IMG/VR virus record: IMGVR_UViG_2778261537_000017
Span: 1 to 16,061 of that record
Length of the DNA stretch: 16,061 bases
DNA from: a virus
Taxonomy: Duplodnaviria > Heunggongvirae > Uroviricota > Caudoviricetes
Strand: one strand, 5' to 3'
The stretch's first letter is position 1. Each line of letters opens with the position of its first letter. Positions 7,808 to 16,061 of this stretch are shown one piece after another. Below the pieces are notes generated by a model that saw only the letters and a program-made list of their open reading frames with translations, made no database searches and was not told the origin of the DNA. A program made the position numbers and the translations under genes.

Positions 7808-8260
7808 TCAGATACGTGCGGATGTGGCATTACCGTAATGACGGTGCTGACGGACCACCTTATTGAAAAGTTGACGCGCCATCACCCAAGGCTGGTGCTC
7901 CCGGCGTTCCTTTTCGTCCTGCGTCATATAGAGTTCGTTCTGGAGTTTTTCATCAAACCGGCGCGGAGCGCGGCTGCGGCGAAAGAATTCAGGATTCAGA
8001 GAGTGGATCTGAAATCTACGTGGGCGTGTACTGTCATCAATCAAAACAGACGAATACTTAGACACAGCGATAGCCTTTAAGCGCAGATAAACATCGCGCT
8101 TATCGACATCCAGATGCGGGTATTCCTTTTCAAGAATTGCTGCGAGTTCTTTCGCTGATAGAAGAGATTTAGTGCGGATCATGTAATCCGCAATCTCGTA
8201 CGATGTTATTCGTGAGTGATTTATTTCCATGAAGTGGCGTCCCTGCCAGTTAAGTAACAT
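7808..8260 (-). CDS. lpa: Lpa-like late promoter activator, 150 aa (alternative ATG at 8230 would give 140 aa)
   Basis: Complete ORF directly upstream of pacA, matching the P1 order lpa-pacA-pacB. Assigned by position and size; I cannot verify the sequence. Confidence 0.6.
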   Translation of the reverse strand: MLLNWQGRHFMEINHSRITSYEIADYMIRTKSLLSAKELAAILEKEYPHLDVDKRDVYLRLKAIAVSKYSSVLIDDSTRPRRFQIHSLNPEFFRRSRAPRRFDEKLQNELYMTQDEKERREHQPWVMARQLFNKVVRQHRHYGNATSARI

Positions 8261-8330
8261 CCTGTCACCTACTGATTAGCCCATGTCAACTAATCAACGT
8301 GGAATATAATACCCTCGATTAAAGAAATAG

Positions 8331-8347
8331 CAATACATTATAGCAAT
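8331..8347 (-). promoter_or_regulatory. Operator-like element overlapping a TATAAT upstream of lpa
   Basis: Minus strand reads AAATTGCTATAATGTATTGCTATTTC. The 17-mer ATTGCTATAATGTATTG matches the C1 operator consensus at 13/17, and the -10 hexamer is embedded in it. Confidence 0.4.
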
Positions 8348-8348
8348 T

Positions 8349-9392
8349 TTATCTAACGCTCGACGAGTGACTTGTGATAGCGCCGACTCCAAGCGCGTAA
8401 TCAAAGAACAATCGTTGATGCATCGCCAGCCTACCGTGCGTCTTCTCCCAATTATCGCGGTCACGCTCAATATCACGCTGGCATGACTGGCACAGAGGAA
8501 TAGCATAAATGTCATGCGCGCATAATCGACTATGACGAACGATATAAGGCGTAATGTGAGCGCCAGCTCCCGCAGCTCCACAGCCACAGCATGGACGGGA
8601 AGCCACAAAGTCCATGTACTCGGGCAATTTTAGCGATTGAAGTTTTGGTATTTTGAAATGCGCCATACCTGGGTCGGAGTCAACATCCACAGGGCATACT
8701 TTTGCACGCATCGGCGCGGCGCGTTCTTCCATCATCTGAACATATGCTGTAGCGCGATCGTCATACGGGCGAATATCCGCCTCTTTCAGAGGTCCGCTAT
8801 CCTGCGGAGTAGCCTTCATCTTATTTATTGATATGCGGCAGACTTCTTCCGGCATCAGGTGCATCATGTTGCGCATGAAAGCCCACCAGCACAGCTCCTG
8901 AATACTTAAATCATGGCTATTTGAAAGGCCCATTTCCTGACGGGCGACATCCAGTATCCAGTTAACGCGATTATTGTGCAGCGTTTCTTTCAGCTCATTA
9001 AAACCACGCATCCGGTAATGGTTATCGTGATGCCAGCACAACAACACCGCGCTATTGTCTCGTTCAGCGTGGACAATATGGTTGTCACACCAACTACGAT
9101 CTGCGGCCTGGCATTGACCCTCTTTCCTACGCAACCACACCACCAGCGCGTCAATTCCACCAATACGGCGAAACAGTTCATCGCTGTTAAAAAACGGCTG
9201 CAACGCCTCATTTGTTGCCATGGTTTGCTCGGTAACAACGAGGCCGTCTTCCATGTGCTCGATTAACTCACGCGGCACCGGCTCCATGATAAATTTACGG
9301 CCAGCCTCCACCAGCTTTCTGACCTCCTGATCCACTTTGAACGTGGCGAGGCCAAGCTCTTTCTGTACAAAGGGAGTAATTACGGCTTTCAC
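8349..9392 (-). CDS. pdcB: Post-doc protein B-like, 347 aa, with a C-terminal Cys-rich (zinc-ribbon-like) region; GTG start
   Basis: Complete ORF, GTG at 9392 with RBS AAAGGTG (alternative ATG at 9287). C-terminal region [40 protein letters not shown]. Sits between doc and lpa as in P1. Confidence 0.65.
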   Translation of the reverse strand: MKAVITPFVQKELGLATFKVDQEVRKLVEAGRKFIMEPVPRELIEHMEDGLVVTEQTMATNEALQPFFNSDELFRRIGGIDALVVWLRRKEGQCQAADRSWCDNHIVHAERDNSAVLLCWHHDNHYRMRGFNELKETLHNNRVNWILDVARQEMGLSNSHDLSIQELCWWAFMRNMMHLMPEEVCRISINKMKATPQDSGPLKEADIRPYDDRATAYVQMMEERAAPMRAKVCPVDVDSDPGMAHFKIPKLQSLKLPEYMDFVASRPCCGCGAAGAGAHITPYIVRHSRLCAHDIYAIPLCQSCQRDIERDRDNWEKTHGRLAMHQRLFFDYALGVGAITSHSSSVR

Positions 9393-9419
9393 ATCACACC
9401 TTTAATCACTGATTGGGCT

Positions 9420-9599
9420 TTATCTGCTGCCCGGCATTCTCTGTTTAAGCACAACCATTTCCTGACGGCATAACACAGCAATAGCGGTCCTGACTCCAAT
9501 TTGCTTACCAACCAGGTATTGCTTTACCTTGCGGCGACTCACGCCATCAAGAAGCATCTTTAACGCTTCACGGGACAATTTGTTGTATTTGCGTGCCAT
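9420..9599 (-). CDS. pdcA: Small basic protein (59 aa) immediately after doc (post-doc protein A position)
   Basis: The ATG at 9599 (MARKYNKLSREALK...) lies 5 nt past the doc stop. The track ORF start at 9620 would overlap doc. Confidence 0.45.
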   Translation of the reverse strand: MARKYNKLSREALKMLLDGVSRRKVKQYLVGKQIGVRTAIAVLCRQEMVVLKQRMPGSR

Positions 9600-9603
9600 T
9601 AAT

Positions 9604-9984
9604 CTACTCCGCAGAACCATACAATCTACGTAACGTGTCGGCGACAGAAGATACAGATATCTCGCCAGTCGCAGCGCCTACAGTAAGGTCTGCCAGTTCA
9701 GGTGAATCAAATACCTGCACCCCGTTACGGCGTAGAAATAGCAGCGCACTGTTTAGCGCGGTACGCTTATTGGCATCATTGAATATATGCCCTCTCGCTG
9801 TAGCCACCAGGTAGGTGGCGGAGACTTCGAAAAGGTCGGTGATCTCTTCGTAGGCAACTCTGGCCTGAACTCTCCCGATAATGGCCTCTGCCCTACCCGG
9901 ATCTGACATTCCCGGCAGGCCGCCGTAGCGGCTTATATTCGCATCATGAAGCGCAATAAGTTCTTCCGGTGATATATGCCTCAT
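9604..9984 (-). CDS. doc: Doc toxin (Fic-fold kinase that targets EF-Tu), 126 aa
   Basis: Fic-type motif HIFNDANKR. Size matches P1 Doc. Start overlaps the phd stop. Confidence 0.95.
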
Positions 9985-10205
9985 TATCGGTTAACCAGTT
10001 CCTTGTTGGTGGAGTCCAGGGTGTCAAACAGGGATGCAAATTCAGCATCCAGCGCCGCTTTTTTGTAGGCTTCGAAAGTAGCCTTGCTGACAATTACTGC
10101 TGGCTCACGGCCTCTGCGGGTGATTTCAACCTCTTCCCCGGCTTCAACATTGTTGAGCACTTCAGAAAGGTTGCCACGCGCGGTACGGAAGTTAATGGAT
10201 TGCAT
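9984..10205 (-). CDS. phd: Phd antitoxin, 73 aa
   Basis: [49 protein letters not shown]... from the ATG at 10205 (the track ORF begins two codons earlier at a GTG). TAATG-type overlap with the doc start. Confidence 0.95.
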
Positions 10206-10212
10206 AAACACC

Positions 10213-10240
10213 TCGTGTACTCGTTATGTGTACACAATTA
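10213..10240 (-). promoter_or_regulatory. phd-doc promoter/operator region with GTGTAC-type palindromes
   Basis: cGTGTACtcgttatGTGTACACaa lies between the humD stop and the phd start. Confidence 0.55.
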
Positions 10241-10277
10241 TAAACTTCACAGGCATAAAGCACCAGCACTTTGCAGC

Positions 10278-10667
10278 TTAAATAACCGGACAATCATCAA
10301 ATTCCCCACTTCGGGCATCATTGATGACATGAGTGATCACACCAAAAACAGCATTACTGCCCGTGTATCCATCGTCATCTACTGGTAACGCCTCTTTCTT
10401 CCCGGTGCTTAAATCCTCCAGGTGCTGGCGCGGATACTTCCTGTATCTCTTTATGCGATATTCACCCTCCATAGCGCACACAAGCAGAGAACCATCAACC
10501 GGAGTAAGCGAGGAATCAACCACCAGCAAAGCACCCTGCAATATTCCCTCACGGTGATGGCTATCAGCTGCCCGCATGAAGTAGGTTGCTGATGGATGCC
10601 TGATTAGTTGCTGATCAAGAGAAATTCGGCTTTCAACATAATCCGCCGCAGGAGAAGGGAAGCCCAT
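10278..10667 (-). CDS. humD: HumD, UmuD'-like translesion-synthesis accessory protein, 129 aa
   Basis: Complete ORF with RBS GAGGTGA. Size and position (directly upstream of phd/doc) match P1 humD. Confidence 0.88.
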   Translation of the reverse strand: MGFPSPAADYVESRISLDQQLIRHPSATYFMRAADSHHREGILQGALLVVDSSLTPVDGSLLVCAMEGEYRIKRYRKYPRQHLEDLSTGKKEALPVDDDGYTGSNAVFGVITHVINDARSGEFDDCPVI

Positions 10668-10686
10668 AGCGTTTTCACCTCAATAA

Positions 10687-10706
10687 TACTGTTCATTTAT
10701 ACAGTA
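10687..10706 (-). promoter_or_regulatory. LexA (SOS) box upstream of humD
   Basis: tactgttcatttatacagta has the CTGT-N8-ACAG architecture and matches the E. coli LexA consensus TACTGTATATATATACAGTA at about 16/20. It lies about 20 nt upstream of the humD RBS. Confidence 0.7.
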
Positions 10707-10841
10707 TACATTAAAGAGACACCTTTGGTGCAAACGCGTTACGTACATCAACCACCGCTGATGATTTTGTGCTCTTTGCTACTATTCATCACCAACGGAT
10801 CAGCGTAACCTCGTTGCCAATCAGTTAATAAGGAATTAGCT

Positions 10842-11426
10842 ATGCCTAATCGCATTCCTCTCGATCCTATATTGCCCAAAAATTTTGACTGCACTCCTAA
10901 CGAGAAACGCTCTAAAGCTCAGCTGGACGCCTGGTGGGACCATCCATATGGGGTTACACAACCTGACGGGAAAATTGTAGTTTATTGTCTGAATGGTGGG
11001 GCGTGGGACCGTCCATCCGTGCTTTGTTTGGCAGATAACTATGATGAAGCCTGTGAACTTGCCGAAAGACAGCAGGCAAGCTGGGTAAAAACACGGTCTG
11101 AACCGACATTCATGTTTTCAAAAGAACCGCCATTTATACTGGCGAGGATGCCGCAGCGACCGGATCATCAACAAGAAATTGTTGCTGAATTTTCCTCTAG
11201 GGATGAGATGAATCTCTTCTCATTAAAGCAGGAAGAAAGGGATCGCGTCGAAGTGTCTCCAACTCTCGACCACAACCGGATGAACCTGGCCCAGCTCGCC
11301 TGGTACAGCAAAGAATTAGAGATGTCTATTGCCCGGCTTGAAAACGAAAAAGCCGCTATCCAAGTCCAGCACGAAGTAGTTCTGAACCGGATTAGAGAAA
11401 TGCAAAACGATAACAGGGGATTTTGA
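10842..11426 (+). CDS. Hypothetical protein, 194 aa (first gene of a coupled two-gene operon)
   Basis: Complete ORF, AGGA RBS 7 nt upstream. No motif I recognise. The C-terminal third is rich in charged residues with heptad-like spacing (possible coiled coil). No long hydrophobic segment. Confidence 0.7.
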   Translation: MPNRIPLDPILPKNFDCTPNEKRSKAQLDAWWDHPYGVTQPDGKIVVYCLNGGAWDRPSVLCLADNYDEACELAERQQASWVKTRSEPTFMFSKEPPFILARMPQRPDHQQEIVAEFSSRDEMNLFSLKQEERDRVEVSPTLDHNRMNLAQLAWYSKELEMSIARLENEKAAIQVQHEVVLNRIREMQNDNRGF

Positions 11427-11783
11427 ATGGCTAAAATCGAGTACCATCGCGATCGCGGTAATTACCTGGAAATATACGATCATGAATCTCTTAACGATAT
11501 CAACGATGCGTTATATGAATACTGTGAAAAAACGAGCATCACAGATGCACCTGATGCATTTGTCGAGCTGCCGGTATATCTCCGCGACATCTATGCAATA
11601 CGAACACCGCCCGTATCGGTGATTCACATTGGCTATGTCCGCCTGTCCATCGAAGAAGATGAAGATCGTTATATCGTGCGCCACTATACATTGGACAGAA
11701 AAGAACTTCCTAATGAATGGAACATGAGTAATTTCTACAACGGTGAATATGGCTTAAAATCCGCTAATAATTTACGGTCATAA
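11427..11783 (+). CDS. Hypothetical acidic protein, 118 aa (second gene, translationally coupled)
   Basis: Its ATG directly follows the upstream TGA (TGAATG). AGGGGA RBS lies inside the end of the upstream gene. No recognisable motif. Confidence 0.7.
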   Translation: MAKIEYHRDRGNYLEIYDHESLNDINDALYEYCEKTSITDAPDAFVELPVYLRDIYAIRTPPVSVIHIGYVRLSIEEDEDRYIVRHYTLDRKELPNEWNMSNFYNGEYGLKSANNLRS

Positions 11784-12336
11784 TCTATACAGGCATGTAT
11801 AACAACAACGAGCCTATTAGCTGTCAACAACGTTATTTTCTCAAATAAGAAAAAGCAGAAAGCAAATTGTTTAAGGTCACAAATTGTGGCCTTGATGGAG
11901 GAGGGAGGCTTATTGGCTATGGCTAAAAATCAAATTAGACACTTCATGTTGCTGTAGCTCATCAAGATCCGAGGCCACAAAACCTTTTCCGAAAAACTTC
12001 ACAAGTAACTCACTAGCCGCATCATTGTCACCTATTACACGAAAGTCATACGGCAACGTCGCAAGTTGACGATGTAATCCTGCTGAGAAAGTCGAATCTA
12101 ACAGCGCCCAGAATTCCCACCGCAGGATAATACTCGCCTCTTAACACTGTATATATGTTGTTACGATATGTTTTTCTGTCTCTAAAAAAAGATGTTAATA
12201 GAATGCTAACCATTGAAGGGGATAAAAATATACAATTCCAACAAACGTTATTTTTAACAATTTTTTTCTTTGCGTTGACTTTCCCGGACACCTTGTCTGA
12301 CCTAAGGTGCGCGAAAGCCACTTTTTCCTTCCTGAG

Positions 12337-12357
12337 TTATCCACAAAGTTATGCACT
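12337..12357 (+). promoter_or_regulatory. Tandem DnaA boxes in the nrdA regulatory region
   Basis: TTATCCACA (12337-12345) is a perfect DnaA box; TTATGCACT (12349-12357) matches 8/9. Confidence 0.65.
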
Positions 12358-12374
12358 TGCAAGAGGGCCATTTT

Positions 12375-12420
12375 CACACTATCTTGCAGTGAATCCCAAA
12401 CATACCCCCTATATATAGTG
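12375..12420 (+). promoter_or_regulatory. Two NrdR-box-like palindromes over the nrdA promoter
   Basis: CACACTATCTTGCAGTG (12375-12391) and CCCCTATATATAGTG (12406-12420) match the NrdR box pattern as recalled, spaced about 31 bp apart. Confidence 0.6.
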
Positions 12421-12498
12421 TTCTAAGCAGCTTCCCGTACTACAGGTAGTCTGCATGAAACTATTGCGGAAAGAATTCCAAAAACAGGTACGACATAC

Positions 12499-14784
12499 AT
12501 GAATCAGAATCTGCTGGTGACAAAGCGCGACGGTAGCACAGAGCGCATCAATCTCGACAAAATCCATCGCGTTCTGGATTGGGCGGCAGAAGGACTGCAT
12601 AACGTTTCGATTTCCCAGGTCGAGCTGCGCTCCCACATTCAGTTTTATGACGGTATCAAGACCTCTGACATCCACGAAACCATTATCAAGGCGGCCGCAG
12701 ACCTGATCTCCCGTGATGCGCCGGATTATCAGTATCTCGCCGCGCGCCTGGCGATCTTCCACCTGCGTAAAAAAGCCTACGGCCAGTTTGAGCCGCCTGC
12801 GCTGTACGACCACGTGGTGAAAATGGTCGAGATGGGCAAATACGATAATCATCTGCTGGAAGACTACACGGAAGAAGAGTTCAAGCAGATGGACACGTTT
12901 ATCGATCACGACCGTGATATGACCTTCTCTTATGCTGCCGTTAAGCAGCTGGAAGGCAAATATCTGGTACAGAACCGCGTGACCGGCGAAATCTACGAAA
13001 GCGCCCAGTTCCTTTATATTCTGGTTGCCGCGTGCCTGTTCTCGAACTACCCGCGTGAAACGCGCCTGCAATATGTGAAGCGTTTTTACGACGCGGTTTC
13101 CACATTTAAAATTTCGCTGCCGACGCCAATCATGTCCGGCGTGCGTACCCCGACTCGTCAGTTCAGCTCCTGCGTACTGATCGAGTGCGGTGACAGTCTG
13201 GATTCCATCAACGCTACCTCCAGCGCGATTGTGAAATACGTTTCCCAGCGTGCCGGGATCGGCATCAACGCCGGGCGTATTCGTGCGCTGGGTAGCCCGA
13301 TTCGCGGTGGTGAAGCGTTCCATACCGGCTGTATTCCGTTCTACAAACATTTCCAGACAGCGGTGAAATCCTGCTCTCAGGGCGGCGTGCGCGGCGGTGC
13401 GGCAACGCTGTTCTACCCGATGTGGCATCTGGAAGTGGAAAGCCTGCTGGTGTTGAAAAACAACCGTGGTGTGGAAGGCAACCGCGTGCGCCATATGGAC
13501 TACGGGGTACAGATCAACAAACTGATGTATACCCGCCTGCTGAAAGGTGAAGATATCACCCTGTTCAGCCCGTCCGACGTACCGGGGCTGTACGACGCAT
13601 TCTTCGCCGATCAGGAAGAGTTTGAACGCCTGTATACCAAATATGAGAAAGACGACAGCATCCGCAAGCAGCGTGTGAAAGCCGTTGAGCTGTTCTCGCT
13701 GATGATGCAGGAACGTGCGTCTACCGGTCGTATCTATATTCAGAACGTTGACCACTGCAATACCCATAGCCCGTTTGATCCGGCCATCGCGCCAGTGCGT
13801 CAGTCTAACCTGTGCCTGGAGATAGCCCTGCCGACCAAACCGCTGAACGACGTCAACGACGAGAACGGTGAAATCGCGCTGTGTACGCTGTCTGCTTTCA
13901 ACCTGGGCGCAATTAATAGCCTGGATGAACTGGAAGAGCTGGCAATTCTGGCGGTTCGTGCACTTGACGCGCTGCTGGATTATCAGGATTACCCGATCCC
14001 GGCCGCCAAACGTGGAGCGATGGGTCGTCGAACGCTGGGTATTGGTGTGATCAACTTCGCTTACTACCTGGCGAAGCACGGTGTGCGTTACTCCGACGGC
14101 AGCGCCAACAACCTGACGCATAAAACCTTCGAAGCGATTCAGTATTACCTGCTGAAAGCGTCTAACGAGCTGGCAAAAGAGCAAGGCGCGTGCCCGTGGT
14201 TTAACGAAACCACTTACGCGAAAGGGATCCTGCCGATCGATACCTATAAGAAAGATCTGGATACCATCGCTAATGAGCCGCTTCATTACGACTGGGAAGC
14301 ATTGCGTGAATCAATCAAAACGCACGGCCTGCGTAACTCCACGCTTTCTGCCCTGATGCCGTCAGAGACTTCTTCACAGATCTCTAACGCCACTAACGGT
14401 ATTGAACCGCCGCGCGGTTACGTCAGCATCAAAGCGTCGAAAGACGGTATTTTGCGCCAGGTGGTGCCGGACTACGAGCACCTGCACGACGCCTATGAGC
14501 TGCTGTGGGAAATGCCGGGTAACGATGGCTACCTGCAACTGGTAGGTATCATGCAGAAATTTATCGATCAGTCGATCTCTGCTAACACCAACTACGATCC
14601 GTCACGTTTCCCGTCAGGAAAAGTGCCGATGCAGCAGTTGCTGAAAGACCTGCTCACCGCCTACAAATTCGGGGTCAAAACGCTGTATTATCAGAACACC
14701 CGTGACGGCGCTGAAGACGCGCAGGACGATCTGGTACCGTCAATCCAGGACGATGGCTGCGAAAGCGGCGCATGTAAGATCTGA
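12499..14784 (+). CDS. nrdA: Ribonucleoside-diphosphate reductase 1, alpha subunit, 761 aa
   Basis: Complete [36 protein letters not shown]..., essentially the E. coli NrdA sequence as recalled. ATP-cone N-terminus; C-terminal ...CESGACKI. Confidence 0.98.
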   Translation: MNQNLLVTKRDGSTERINLDKIHRVLDWAAEGLHNVSISQVELRSHIQFYDGIKTSDIHETIIKAAADLISRDAPDYQYLAARLAIFHLRKKAYGQFEPPALYDHVVKMVEMGKYDNHLLEDYTEEEFKQMDTFIDHDRDMTFSYAAVKQLEGKYLVQNRVTGEIYESAQFLYILVAACLFSNYPRETRLQYVKRFYDAVSTFKISLPTPIMSGVRTPTRQFSSCVLIECGDSLDSINATSSAIVKYVSQRAGIGINAGRIRALGSPIRGGEAFHTGCIPFYKHFQTAVKSCSQGGVRGGAATLFYPMWHLEVESLLVLKNNRGVEGNRVRHMDYGVQINKLMYTRLLKGEDITLFSPSDVPGLYDAFFADQEEFERLYTKYEKDDSIRKQRVKAVELFSLMMQERASTGRIYIQNVDHCNTHSPFDPAIAPVRQSNLCLEIALPTKPLNDVNDENGEIALCTLSAFNLGAINSLDELEELAILAVRALDALLDYQDYPIPAAKRGAMGRRTLGIGVINFAYYLAKHGVRYSDGSANNLTHKTFEAIQYYLLKASNELAKEQGACPWFNETTYAKGILPIDTYKKDLDTIANEPLHYDWEALRESIKTHGLRNSTLSALMPSETSSQISNATNGIEPPRGYVSIKASKDGILRQVVPDYEHLHDAYELLWEMPGNDGYLQLVGIMQKFIDQSISANTNYDPSRFPSGKVPMQQLLKDLLTAYKFGVKTLYYQNTRDGAEDAQDDLVPSIQDDGCESGACKI

Positions 14785-14793
14785 TATTGAGAT

Positions 14794-14908
14794 GCCGGAT
14801 GCAGCGTGAACGCCTTATCCGGCCTACGGCTCGGATTTGTAGGCCTGATAAGACGCGTCAGCGTCGCATCAGGCACAGGATGCGGCGTAAAATGCCTTAT
14901 CCGGCATT
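14794..14908. repeat. REP/BIME cluster (three REP units in alternating orientation) between nrdA and nrdB
   Basis: GCCGGATGCAGCGTGAACGCCTTATCCGGCCTAC (14794-14827), the inverted copy GTAGGCCTGATAAGACGCG...CGCATCAGGC (14839-14874), and GATGCGGCGTAAAATGCCTTATCCGGC (about 14878-14906). Confidence 0.85.
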
Positions 14909-14930
14909 AAACTCCCAACAGGACACACTC

Positions 14931-16061
14931 ATGGCATATACCACCTTTTCACAGACGAAAAATGATCAGCTCAAAGAACCGATGTTCTTTGGTCAGCCGG
15001 TCAACGTGGCTCGCTACGATCAGCAAAAATATGACATCTTCGAAAAGCTGATCGAAAAGCAGCTCTCTTTCTTCTGGCGTCCGGAAGAAGTTGACGTCTC
15101 CCGCGACCGTATCGATTACCAGGCACTGCCTGAACACGAAAAACACATCTTTATCAGCAACCTGAAATATCAGACGCTGCTGGATTCCATTCAGGGCCGT
15201 AGCCCGAACGTGGCACTGCTGCCGCTTATTTCTATTCCGGAACTGGAGACCTGGGTCGAAACCTGGGCGTTCTCAGAAACGATTCATTCCCGTTCCTATA
15301 CTCATATCATTCGTAATATCGTTAACGATCCGTCTGTTGTGTTTGACGATATCGTCACCAACGAGCAGATCCAGAAACGTGCGGAAGGGATCTCCAGCTA
15401 TTACGATGAGCTGATCGAAATGACCAGCTACTGGCATCTGCTGGGCGAAGGTACCCACACCGTTAACGGTAAAACTGTGACCGTTAGCCTGCGCGAGCTG
15501 AAGAAAAAACTGTATCTCTGCCTGATGAGCGTTAACGCGCTGGAAGCGATTCGTTTCTACGTCAGCTTTGCTTGTTCCTTCGCATTTGCAGAACGCGAAT
15601 TGATGGAAGGCAACGCCAAAATTATTCGCCTGATTGCCCGCGACGAAGCCCTGCACCTGACCGGCACCCAGCATATGCTGAATCTGCTGCGCAGCGGCGC
15701 GGACGATCCTGAGATGGCGGAAATTGCCGAAGAGTGTAAGCAGGAGTGCTATGACCTGTTTGTTCAGGCAGCTCAACAGGAGAAAGACTGGGCGGATTAT
15801 CTGTTCCGCGACGGTTCGATGATTGGTCTGAATAAAGACATTCTCTGCCAGTACGTTGAATACATCACCAATATCCGTATGCAGGCAGTCGGTTTGGATC
15901 TGCCGTTCCAGACGCGCTCCAACCCGATCCCATGGATCAACACCTGGCTGGTGTCTGATAACGTGCAGGTTGCTCCGCAGGAAGTGGAAGTCAGTTCTTA
16001 TCTGGTCGGGCAGATTGACGCGGAAGTGGACACCGACGATTTGAGTAACTTCCAACTCTGA
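14931..16061 (+). CDS. nrdB: Ribonucleoside-diphosphate reductase 1, beta subunit, 376 aa
   Basis: True start is the ATG at 14931 ([13 protein letters not shown]...) with an AGGA RBS. The track ORF from 14787 is an in-frame read-through of the REP cluster. The stop is the last codon of the window. Confidence 0.97.
   Translation: MAYTTFSQTKNDQLKEPMFFGQPVNVARYDQQKYDIFEKLIEKQLSFFWRPEEVDVSRDRIDYQALPEHEKHIFISNLKYQTLLDSIQGRSPNVALLPLISIPELETWVETWAFSETIHSRSYTHIIRNIVNDPSVVFDDIVTNEQIQKRAEGISSYYDELIEMTSYWHLLGEGTHTVNGKTVTVSLRELKKKLYLCLMSVNALEAIRFYVSFACSFAFAERELMEGNAKIIRLIARDEALHLTGTQHMLNLLRSGADDPEMAEIAEECKQECYDLFVQAAQQEKDWADYLFRDGSMIGLNKDILCQYVEYITNIRMQAVGLDLPFQTRSNPIPWINTWLVSDNVQVAPQEVEVSSYLVGQIDAEVDTDDLSNFQL

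Larger units (their letters stand above)
1..10760. mobile_element. P1-like phage-plasmid segment (mat-ref-cra-cre-loxP-coi-c1-pacB-pacA-lpa-pdcB-pdcA-doc-phd-humD); extends beyond the window start
   Basis: Gene content and order match the P1 map read across the lox origin. Anchors are the canonical 34-bp loxP, a Cre protein nearly identical to P1 Cre, the phd/doc pair, C1 repressor and its operators, and pacA with its clustered Dam hexamers. The right-hand boundary is approximate; humD is the last recognisable P1 gene. Confidence 0.85.

Noticed and set aside
12046-12321. 91-aa minus-strand ORF in the AT-rich region upstream of nrdA
   Set aside because: It overlaps the nrdA regulatory region, has no convincing RBS, and has a low-complexity, Lys-rich start. 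Most likely a chance frame.
12409-14286. 625-aa minus-strand ORF
   Set aside because: It lies entirely antisense to nrdA, whose identity is unambiguous. Long antisense open frames are common opposite highly expressed, codon-biased genes. It has no RBS and no recognisable protein features.
14787-14930. N-terminal extension of the nrdB ORF (424-aa version)
   Set aside because: The extension translates the REP/BIME repeats into an Arg-rich junk sequence. The genuine start is the ATG at 14931, which has an RBS and gives the known NrdB N-terminus.
15273-16055. 260-aa minus-strand ORF
   Set aside because: Antisense to nrdB, for the same reason.
1-16061. CRISPR arrays, tRNA or rRNA genes, IS elements, integrase
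   Set aside because: No regularly spaced direct repeats, no cloverleaf-capable conserved tRNA motifs, no transposase-like ORFs with terminal inverted repeats, and no tyrosine or serine integrase other than Cre.

Overview
The window has two parts. Positions 1 to about 10,760 are a contiguous block of a bacteriophage P1-like phage-plasmid backbone, read across the circular-map origin: (partial) mat, ref, cra, cre, loxP, coi, c1, then on the minus strand pacB, pacA (with the pac packaging site), lpa, two post-doc genes, the doc/phd addiction module and humD. Positions 12,330 to 16,061 are typical Escherichia coli chromosome: the nrdA regulatory region (DnaA and NrdR boxes), complete nrdA, a REP/BIME cluster and complete nrdB. 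Between them (10,842-11,783) sits a translationally coupled two-gene operon (194 aa and 118 aa) that I cannot assign to any family; it is my main candidate for an undescribed system, but nothing in the sequence indicates its function. All identifications rest on the supplied ORF translations and on recalled P1 and E. coli protein and site sequences; no database search was run. I found no CRISPR array, tRNA, rRNA, IS element or integrase.
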